Assembly: GCA_018985225.1 (NCBI GenBank)
Contig: JADGIF010000398.1
Span: 1 to 9,358 of the forward strand
Length of the DNA stretch: 9,358 nt
Reading direction: 5' to 3'
From: Amoeboradix gromovi X-113
Taxonomy: Eukaryota > Fungi > Sanchytriomycota
Both the position numbers and the translations under genes were made by a program. Under the pieces are notes generated by a model, which was not told the origin of the DNA, did not search any database, and worked only from the letters and a program-made list of their open reading frames with translations. This document shows, in pieces, positions 1 through 8,039 of this stretch (position 1 is its first letter; each line of letters starts with the position of its first letter).

Positions 1-213
1 GTCTAAGAAAATGCACCTTTTGTTTAGATGCTCAAAGACCTCATATATTTGAACGAGATGCAGGGTCTTCTAGTTTTATTTTGAAAAGAGGAATGCAATC
101 AATGAAAGAAAATTGGTATGATAGAAGATCTTTTATTAATGATAGTATTATACCCTCTGTATGGTGCACTTCCTTTAAAAACGAGTTAGTCTAGTTTTTA
201 TATTTGTTGTCCC
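1..213 (+). mobile_element. 3' (right) end of a putative Fanzor-carrying, Sola2-family transposon, copy A; the rest lies left of the window
   Basis: Reverse complement of 9114-9322; hand alignment gives about 21 mismatches over 209 aligned bases plus one 4-nt indel (~90%). Ends in GAGTTAGTCTAGTTTTTATATTTGTTGTCCC, matching the terminus at 3216-3246 next to a Sola transposase. Followed by ATATGCC. Confidence 0.8.
3..194 (+). CDS. 5'-truncated ORF: C-terminus of a putative Fanzor/TnpB-like nuclease (copy A)
   Basis: Open frame from the window edge: LRKCTFCLDAQRPHIFERDAGSSSFILKRGMQSMKENWYDRRSFINDSIIPSVWCTSFKNELV*. CxxC followed by RD-x6-ILxxG has the spacing of the TnpB/Fanzor CxxC...RDxNAAxNILxxG motif. 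Not in the ORF track. Confidence 0.6.
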   Translation, partial: LRKCTFCLDAQRPHIFERDAGSSSFILKRGMQSMKENWYDRRSFINDSIIPSVWCTSFKNELV

Positions 214-826
214 ATATGCCTTTTGTTTTACTATTTTATTTTTGTTTTCATTCTGTAGCTTGGATACAGAGCAGGTGTAACATTAGCCCAGAAATGCTAC
301 TATCGAGTCGATGAAAACATAAACACAACCACTTTGTGTTCAATGTACCCTTGATTTTCCAATGGTTATTAAAAAAATTCTGATAAGATTAGTAAGTGGA
401 TATTATATAATATGTCTCACCAGTATATACCGTTATTTCCTTGCCATATCGGTTTGATCGCTATGTGGGAGAAAGAGACATTTAAGCCTGAATTTCTCAG
501 AATGAACACAAAATCTCAACACACTGTATCACTAACACTATTTCCAAAATTAATATCCTTGCACTCACGCTAAGCTGATTTCTTATATAGAGAATCTAAC
601 AGGGATTCGTCATCAACAAGAATAGGAAATGCGAATTCAGAAAGAAATTGACAATAAAGTGATTTATTGTGGTAATGGAAGCTATACGCGCAGCAATAAG
701 GACAATTGCATGCACTTAGTACGAAAACCAGACATAAATGTTAGAAATTTCTTTTAAAAGAATGGCTCCAGTTTCTGCGGAATTTGACTAAAGCAAGAGT
801 ACAAATTTACACTGCCTTTTTTCATG

Positions 827-2482
827 TCACCTCCTAAAGAATAGTGAAAAGACATCGATTACCACTTGTATTGCCATCAGTACAGTTACTGTTGTCAATA
901 CTCCACCAATTGTACTTATCGGCAACCATACAAAAAACAATGTTATGCATCCCATTACCAGCCTACTGAATAATATTGTGTCTCTATTAGTATCTCCTGC
1001 TATTTTGTTGACCAACTTTATGCACGAATTTATTATCAGCAAGATCCCAAATGAAACAAATGTTTGTTTCATTAAATCATCTGACACTAAAAATTGGTTA
1101 TTGTAGGTAGCTTTTAATAACATTTCTAATGATTTCCCACAGTACATCAAGGATATATGGAATACATAATGTGCAAATATCCAAATTAACAAAATGTATC
1201 CTTTTTTGCTTAATGCAGATGCCCCAAAGTCATCAAAGTATAACCACCAGATACTGAATGCAATAGAGAAACACAACAACAAATATACAATGTGTATAGT
1301 AGCCCAATCTATTTCTGTCACAGTTATAGTTGAGCCGAGTAATAGATCACCAAGAATTATCGAAGTGATAACAGCAAATCTCTCTGCTAAGTAGAATCCT
1401 GTATGGGGTATCTGGTTGCCTTTAAATATTAAAAATATAGACCAGTCTATAACTAATGTTAAAAGCATTAGACCTTGGGCTACGCCGTCTAAATTGCTTG
1501 GAATGAACTGCATCATCCAAATAATCATATTGATGAAATGACTTATACAGAATGGAAGAACGCTAACAATCCGGGTCCTTTTGTTCTGCACAACTAAGAA
1601 AATCAGATATTGGGTAAATTGTAATAGACGAGAAAAGGTAAAAACTAGAGCCATAGCATGCAGAACATCAACATTACTGAACGCGTCTTTTTGTAAAACT
1701 GTGAACAGCCCAATGACTATAAGTTGTAGAAATCTAAAAATTCTGTTCACCAGATCATCATTTTCAAAACCTGTGGCGAAAATGGAAATCATTAACCAAT
1801 GTTGCCAAATTACACTAATCAAGACATAGTAATTGAAATAAGACATTGGGTATTTAAATTTAAAGTTATGATTCAGTTGAAAGAAAGCAGACACATAGAA
1901 GAGATCAATCAGCAATTCTGACCAGCTGGCTTGTTTCTCCACAACGATGTTAGGATTGAATATGTCTCGTTTCCTCGACCTGTGATGAGTAGTATGATGT
2001 ATTTTGGTGCCTGCGATATGCTTGTGTTGAATAGATCGTTCGAATTCTAATTTATTAACAGCATCGTAAACAACCTTAACTGGAACTTCTAAAGATTCTA
2101 AATACTCATGAAGAGTAATGTTGTTGGGAATTAACTGTGTCAAATCATTCATTTCTTGATCTGTTAATCCTATTTGCTTGCTTAAAACATCAATATCATC
2201 AAGACTGAGTTCGCTAGATTTGTACAACTTGGGACAATGCACAACTATTACTTGCTCATCCTCACTTTCACTTTCGCAGAATGACACATGGCTGCTTAAA
2301 TAAGATTTGGACGCATCCGTGGAAACGCTTTTAAGATCTTCTTCGTAGCCCTGATTTAATATTTTGTCAGCTTGCTTTGATTTGTCTACGGGTGCTGGAT
2401 TGGATAGAAATGATGGCTGCCGTATATCAAAATCAATAAATATTTTAGAGGAATTGAATACACTTTTGGGTGAGTTTGACAT
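827..2482 (-). CDS. LtrA-family (low temperature requirement A) multi-pass membrane protein, 551 aa, intronless
   Basis: Motifs SWSELLIDLFYV (family consensus TWLELFFDLVFV), AERFAVITSIILGD (ERFGLFxIIxLGE) and IWWLYFD; many hydrophobic segments after a ~185-aa soluble N-terminus. First ATG is at 2482; the track start at 2521 is a TTG. Confidence 0.85.
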   Translation of the reverse strand: MSNSPKSVFNSSKIFIDFDIRQPSFLSNPAPVDKSKQADKILNQGYEEDLKSVSTDASKSYLSSHVSFCESESEDEQVIVVHCPKLYKSSELSLDDIDVLSKQIGLTDQEMNDLTQLIPNNITLHEYLESLEVPVKVVYDAVNKLEFERSIQHKHIAGTKIHHTTHHRSRKRDIFNPNIVVEKQASWSELLIDLFYVSAFFQLNHNFKFKYPMSYFNYYVLISVIWQHWLMISIFATGFENDDLVNRIFRFLQLIVIGLFTVLQKDAFSNVDVLHAMALVFTFSRLLQFTQYLIFLVVQNKRTRIVSVLPFCISHFINMIIWMMQFIPSNLDGVAQGLMLLTLVIDWSIFLIFKGNQIPHTGFYLAERFAVITSIILGDLLLGSTITVTEIDWATIHIVYLLLCFSIAFSIWWLYFDDFGASALSKKGYILLIWIFAHYVFHISLMYCGKSLEMLLKATYNNQFLVSDDLMKQTFVSFGILLIINSCIKLVNKIAGDTNRDTILFSRLVMGCITLFFVWLPISTIGGVLTTVTVLMAIQVVIDVFSLFFRR

Positions 2483-2563
2483 GAAACAGCTCCGTAAGAA
2501 TGAGAAAATTAAAGTTTCCAACTGAAAGTTGCGACAAGCGCAGAAATTTAAAAATAGGTTAAT

Positions 2564-3001
2564 TTACTTTAACGGAACAAATTTAGAAGAAGCTGTAGCT
2601 CCAACACCAGGTTTACCGTGCTTAACTGGATGATAACTTAAAGAATACTCTCCCAAATAAGTTCCAACCATCTCAGGTTTAATTTCTACTTGAATGAAAT
2701 CCTTTCCATTGTAAACACCAACGATGCTTCCGATCATTTCAGGAACAATAATCATATTTCTCAAATGGGTCTTAACAACAGCCGGCTTTTCGTCTTGAGG
2801 GGCGTTCTTTTTTGCCAATCTTAGTCTCTTAATTAATGCCAGTGGCTTTCTTTTTAAACCTCTACCAAACTTACGTCTTACTCCAGAGGTAAATAGTGGC
2901 AAAAGTTGATCGTTGGTCATATCTAGTAGTTGGGATAATTCGATACCTCGGTAAGTGAAGATCTTGAATGGTCTTTTTCTTGGTGCTGCTTCGGCTGACA
3001 T
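2564..3001 (-). CDS. RPS15: 40S ribosomal protein S15 (uS19), 145 aa, intronless
   Basis: Conserved motifs [58 protein letters not shown] and terminal SSKFVPLK followed by TAA. Confidence 0.98.
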   Translation of the reverse strand: MSAEAAPRKRPFKIFTYRGIELSQLLDMTNDQLLPLFTSGVRRKFGRGLKRKPLALIKRLRLAKKNAPQDEKPAVVKTHLRNMIIVPEMIGSIVGVYNGKDFIQVEIKPEMVGTYLGEYSLSYHPVKHGKPGVGATASSKFVPLK

Positions 3002-3037
3002 GTATTTGCTATGAATTTACAAACTTTGAGATGTATG

Positions 3038-3047
3038 TCCACGTGGA
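3038..3047. promoter_or_regulatory. Palindrome TCCACGTGGA with an E-box (CACGTG) core, candidate RPS15 promoter element
   Basis: Perfect 10-bp palindrome about 37 bp upstream of the RPS15 ATG. Function is inferred from position only. Confidence 0.3.
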
Positions 3048-3215
3048 ATTTTGAGATTGTCTCCTTTCGGGAATTTGTTTTATCTTCAGAATGTTAATGC
3101 GTAAGTTGTCCATGGTGGTGTTTTATAATCATTTGAAACCCGTTAATATAATTACAGTCAACAACATCAACACTAAAATATTTACATAGTCATAGTGCTT
3201 GTCTCTTTTACAACT

Positions 3216-3339
3216 GGGACACCAAATATAGAAACTAGAGTAATTCTTGAAAATTCATTCCGAATGTGAAAACTAGACAACTCACATCAGCCAATCAATG
3301 CAAGTATTTTTTATGCTCAAGTGTAAAACTAGATCAACT
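3216..3339 (+). repeat. Terminal inverted repeat with three copies of a subterminal motif
   Basis: GGGACACCAAATATAGAAACTAGAGTAATTC (3216-3246) matches 9114-9144 at 28/31. Motif copies: CAAATATAGAAACTAGAG (3223), CGAATGTGAAAACTAGAC (3261), CAAGTGTAAAACTAGAT (3318). Confidence 0.8.
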
Positions 3340-4173
3340 TTTAACGAAATTAAATCTATTGACTTTATTAAATATACTTGAGCCGCCAACGTTGATAAAA
3401 GGAAGAAGATACAATATATTTTACTACAATTATAATTGTACTTGAATATTTATTTTTCTTTTATGAAGTTCAGTCAACATAAAAATACTACAGGACCAAA
3501 CTCACATGCTTTTTAATAGGGTAAATATACTTGAGGACGAACTAAATTATAGAAGAGAATTGAGATTTAAAAATGGTTTAAGATTAATGCTGAAACGCAA
3601 AAACTATTAGAATAAATTTACCAAGCCCATTGGTTACGACAAACTCCGCCTAATTTTCCACCTATATCGTCTGAAAGAGTTGAAAAAAACACCGAAAGCT
3701 CCACATATGTCATAATTAATAATCACTGCTCCATTAGTTCTTCCAAAAGAAGCTACTAATGGACCCCTCTTAATCCCTGAATAGAAGTTTTCCGAAGTGG
3801 CAAAGCGAAACTAAATAAATTTATTAAAACCACCAATATTTGGAATATTTTTGGATGTTATGTTTTGCAAATTTAATATAATCCATCAATAATTTTCTTT
3901 CCTTATCATTCTGTAACTGTATTTTCTAACAAATTCATCAATTTTAGCCTTACGTTTTTGAAAATCGATTTCAGACATCCCATGTGGTCTTGTAGATTGA
4001 ATAAGAGCATCAAGGTAGGCCCTTCCGTTTTGACCACACGTATCATGAATCAAATGAGTGCAGTCGCCTATCCATTGCAGAAAATGGATTTTCTATTACA
4101 CCTCAGCCGAGTTCTATACTAATTCTCTCCATTGTATCAAGGACTAAAATAAAATTCATAATCAATAAATAGC

Positions 4174-5670
4174 TTATTTAAATAAAACTGTTGCTATTGA
4201 ATCACTGTAAAATGCATGAAATCCCTCAGAAATATATCTCAATACGCGACCAATTTCACGCTTTTTTCTTTCAGTCAACGTCGTTGTTTCTAAGGATTCA
4301 GGAACAAATACGTAGTCGTTTCACACAGGTCATCTTCAATAATGGTGTTGAATTCCACGATAACAGGGTCATTGACTTGTTTCTTGCAAAAGACAACACC
4401 CGGGAATTCAGGTTTAATCACAAGTACGTGGTACGTGTCAATTCCTGAATATTGTTGAATATCAAATCCAATTTTTCACGGTACTCTTTGAATCTGTGAC
4501 CTGCAAATATCTTGCATTCATTGGTCACCGAAGACGTTTCGATAATTGATTTCACTTGATCCAAATGAAACACATTTTCTCTTGCGAATTTCTTTTTAGT
4601 ATGAACAAAGCCACTGACTGGACTAGATTTAGTGTGCCCTTTCATCGTAAATTTAAATTCGATGGTGCTGCACTTTCCTAACAAACACATTCAACTGAGT
4701 AATTTGATGATTGTAATTCTTACTCTGGCGCACGCAATTACCAGCATGTAAAATCAAATTCACACGTTGCTCTTTTGGAAGACAATAGATGTAATCTAAT
4801 TACAAAGTCTCCATATTATTACTTGCTTTTTTGCCTTGTCTTCTCGATAAATGTTCTTCATTTGACGGTGGTATATTTCATTATGGATTCCAAATAAATT
4901 GACATTTGATAAACTAAGAAAACAAGAGTCACTTGGTTGGTCGCATAGTTGAGAAAGGTTTAGATTTTGGCTGTAATCAAATGACTGATGGGTAAATTTC
5001 TCGGAGGTGTCATTGTTGTAGTCAAGTCTTGCTAATTTGGCTTGCCTCAAATGCGATTGCAATGCCGTCTTTAGTTCCAAGTTCGAACTTTCTGACAGCT
5101 CTGGTACGTTTAATTTTTCTCTAAAGACACTATAGGTGTCACAGATATCCGTCTTTCCAGATTTGATCTTAATATTGCCACACAATTTGAAGTACTTTCG
5201 GAATATTTCTACAATAATACTCAAAGTGCTGGTGTCACGACTGTAAATACTATGAGGTGGTAGTCTTGAGGTGATTTAAAGCATTGATAATATGTTTTTG
5301 TTACTAAGAGTCTGATGTTGCATCTAAAAGATCTCCATCTTCAGGAACCGATGTATCTGCAACTTCCGAATCAAATCCTGATAATAATTCGACCAATTTC
5401 ACTTCCTTTGCAGCCTTCAATACTAAATTGCTTTGGCAACTCTGATGGCATCCTTGGTGGATACTTTGTTAATATTTTTAGATTTGCTACATAAATCACA
5501 ATAGTAAGCTCTGGATTAAAGCTTCATGGCAGAATCCGATTCTACGCCACCACTACTGTCTTTAAATATAGATACGACTGGTAGACGCACATCTTTTTTT
5601 GCAATTTCTGGCTCATAAACAAGTGAGACTTTAAAATTTGTAGTCTCATTTCTTTTATGAACGATGACAT
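4174..5670 (-). pseudogene. Sola (Sola2-like) DDD transposase pseudogene with multiple frameshifts and stops
   Basis: Fragments in the expected order: KTDICDT, HLRQAKLARLDY, SFDYSQN...NVNLFGIHNE (first Asp intact), LILHAGNCVRQSKN at ~4720-4761 (consensus LHADNCxGQNKN), GHTKSSPVSGF (consensus GHTKFSPDxxFG), IDTYHVLVIKPEFPGVVFCK, LTERKKREIGRVLRYI. Includes track ORFs 4796-5224 and 4418-4690. The 5' limit (ATG at 5670) is tentative. Confidence 0.85.
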
Positions 5671-5726
5671 TCACTTGTTTAAAGGGAGGCAAAAATAATA
5701 CCCTACGAACATTATTATCTATTAAA

Positions 5727-5815
5727 GAATTAGTCTACTTTCACATTTGATTCTTTATTTCAAAGTGGCTCCATTGGTCAACAGCACTTAGTCTAGTTAT
5801 TACATTCGATCTGCA
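5727..5815 (-). repeat. Degenerate opposite-end inverted repeat of the Sola element
   Basis: 5791-5808 is the reverse complement of 3261-3278 at 16/18. 5788-5815 matches the copy B terminus (reverse complement of 9114-9141) at 21/28. A second motif copy, TTAGTCTACTTTCACATTTG, lies at ~5730-5749. Confidence 0.6.
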
Positions 5816-6555
5816 TTATTATTTGAAATGTTGTATATAATTATGTAGAACAATCACATGAACATGAAACTAAGATTATCGGATAGCTTGTGTTTCAGAG
5901 TTACAGAAAATCTGTATTTTCAAGTTTCTGTGAATTTTGTTGCTCTCGTTTTAATTGATGGTATCCCGAAATTTTAATTTTATGGAATAAGGCAGAGATA
6001 TGCATGATTGTTATGAATAGATTAATAATAGAAATTTTTGTACTTATGATTTGTGTCGGAGTGCTAGCAAGAGAAAGATGAAGAGCAAAACAAGAGACAA
6101 GTCATTTGCTGGAGATGGGTGAAAGAATCATATCCGCAGACATTGAGTAGAACTGATAAAAGGTTGGTCAACGAATTTGAGGGTTTTAAACAGTTTATAA
6201 GGTGTTTGATCAGTATGACAACGCTGCTATAGCTATAAACAATTTGTGCATGTTTATTTCACTACTTCTAAAAAACCAATTTGACAGAGAAGATCCTGGA
6301 TAAGCTACGATCGTGAGACAGGTTTGTTAGAGCATTACCGAGTTAGCCCCATTTCGCAAAGTTCCGAGTAGTTTTATTTCCTAAAAATATCTCAAGTCAC
6401 GTCACTTATGTGATAATCAAATTCTCGCGATTATCAAAATAATTCAACAGCTAATTTTGAGACTATAAGCACGTAGATATAATGAAAAAGATGAGTTTCA
6501 TGCATATATATTTTAGTGAGCGCATGTCCCTCTGTTGAAACAGGGCTTGCACCAC

Positions 6556-7286
6556 ATGAGCCAAGTTCAATTTGAAAATTCTTACTCAGTGGTTTCGCTA
6601 AATGACGAGATTGTTGAGCGGTTGAATGATGAAGCTATACTTCGCGTTGACCCCTGCCTCCATCTTTACGGATTGTCCTTACGCAAAGGTTACTTGATTT
6701 TAACTAGCAATCATGTGTTTCTATATCCAAGAAAAAGTGAGCCCGTACCCGAGAAAGAGACTCGATCTAGAAAGCGAACCACTTCTCATGATGCGCCGTA
6801 TGAGCAGAAAATATCATGTGGGAAATCTTTTTTGGAAATCCCACGATCTAGAAATACTTCTGGAGGTCAATTTGACATTCCGCTGAAGAATCCAAGAATT
6901 GCAAGACTTAATCAAGGTATGGACACTGGCTCAGTTGAGTATCTTGATGGTTCACGCGAAAAATTGGAAAGCAACTCCAACATCGGATCAATGAAGTCGT
7001 TGATCTCTGCCAGAAGCTCAATGTTATCAATGGCTTCGATATGTAGTGAAGTAAATTTCTACTGATTTAGAAGCAAGGATATGAACTATCTGAAATATTA
7101 GAACAAGAGGCCCTGTATGATCTCCCTATTGATCATCAGTTCGATTGCTACAAAATCGGTGAGACGCTGATTGTGAAAAACCATAAAGGTACACTTAAAA
7201 TCCAAGGATTAGACTCTTTAAAGTGGTTGTGCGATATGCAGACTGTAAAAGGCGAATTTTTAGCTAGTGTGATAAATAAACATTAA
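6556..7286 (+). CDS. Two-exon gene (6556-7050, 7071-7286), 236 aa, putative split PH-domain protein
   Basis: Removing intron 7051-7070 removes the stop at 7063-7065 and adds KQGYELSEIL...ETLIVKNHKGTLKIQGLDSLKWLCDMQTVKGEFLASVINKH*. RKGYLILTSNHVFLY resembles early PH strands, and the terminal helix has the PH-type Trp. First ATG is at 6556. Confidence 0.75.
7051..7070 (+). other. 20-nt spliceosomal intron, phase 0
   Basis: GTAAATTTCTACTGATTTAG: GTAA donor, CTGAT branch-like motif, TAG acceptor. Removal joins a 72-codon open downstream exon. Confidence 0.8.
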
Positions 7287-7366
7287 ATATTATAACTTAA
7301 TTTTCCCGATTTAAAATCGAATTACGCCAAATTTAAATTAGGCCAACCACGCATAAACCACCCACC

Positions 7367-8039
7367 ATGTCAATCTCGGAGTCCAAAACCTTATTACCAA
7401 ATGAGTATATTACTTGCATAGAGGTAGCTCATCAGTTAGTTAGAGAAACCACAATGCCTATTTGGTTAGCAATGACTAATCTGAAGAGACTAATTATTTT
7501 TGACCGAGAAAAACCAAAGCAGCCGAGCCCTATGAGCTACAGCGGGGATTCTAGAAGATCTCGTGAGTCAACTGCAGGTTCTGATGATGACAATGACGCA
7601 CCAAAATCACATAGAGTTTCTAAAGTTATTGAGTCTATCTATGAAGAAGCAAACACCGACGAGTATCTCAAATCTCGACGCGCATCTTCAAACAGTTTTC
7701 ACGAGTACAAGAATGCAGAAGGCGACATAGAGTATCAAGTAAAAGCAGCACCCATTCAATATGTTGATGCTTCTTTTGAGAACACAGCAAGATGCAATCT
7801 AGGTGAGTCACAAAGATTAGCATTAGTTGCAGATACGGATGTAACTTTTATTTCTCACCTAGTATCAAATTTCTATGCCTTCTTTGGATATTTTGCATAG
7901 CATTCGAATTGACGAATATTTTTTCTGTTTGATTTCTTGCAATACGTTGATTATTAAACGAAAGCAGGTAACAATGAAGTTGCGACCAAACGATTTGGAA
8001 GACTGGCGATTGAGATTAAATACAGCAAAGGGAATCTAA
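7367..8039 (+). CDS. Two-exon gene (7367-7840, 7863-8039), 216 aa, putative split PH-domain protein and probable paralogue of the upstream gene
   Basis: Removing intron 7841-7862 gives exon 2 YQISMPSLDILHSIRIDEYFFCLISCNTLIIKRKQVTMKLRPNDLEDWRLRLNTAKGI*. IWLAMTNLKRLIIFD parallels GYLILTSNHVFLY, and LEDWRLRL parallels SLKWLCDM. Confidence 0.75.
7841..7862 (+). other. 22-nt spliceosomal intron, phase 0
   Basis: GTAACTTTTATTTCTCACCTAG: GTAA donor, CTCAC branch-like motif, TAG acceptor. Same architecture as 7051-7070, and removal yields an exon similar to exon 2 of the neighbour. Confidence 0.75.

Larger units (their letters stand above)
3216..5815 (-). mobile_element. Degenerate Sola2-type cut-and-paste DNA transposon (~2.6 kb; far end at about 5815-5855)
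   Basis: GGG terminus at 3216 (Sola2 termini are described as 5'-GRG). Repeated subterminal motifs at 3223-3339 have inverted counterparts at about 5727-5815. A disrupted Sola-like transposase lies inside. No clean TSD was found. Confidence 0.75.

Noticed and set aside
457-573. MWEKETFKPEFL, faintly like the cytochrome P450 PERF motif
   Set aside because: Short frame with no ExxR or heme-binding Cys motif nearby; likely chance.
1194-1829. ORFs 1194-1394 and 1581-1829 (+)
   Set aside because: Antisense shadows of the LtrA-family CDS with no recognisable motifs.
2483-2521. 13-aa N-terminal extension of the LtrA ORF in the track
   Set aside because: Starts at TTG; the first ATG at 2482 is more plausible in a eukaryote.
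3223-3339. Spaced AAACTAGA repeats as a CRISPR-like array
   Set aside because: Only three degenerate copies with uneven spacing, mirrored at the other transposon end; better explained as subterminal repeats.
4191-4448. 85-aa ORF (+)
   Set aside because: Antisense to the transposase C-terminal fragments, which carry the recognisable motifs.
7841-7900. Hydrophobic C-terminal tail VTFISHLVSNFYAFFGYFA in the track ORF
   Set aside because: Probably read-through of the 22-nt intron; splicing gives an exon resembling that of the neighbouring gene.
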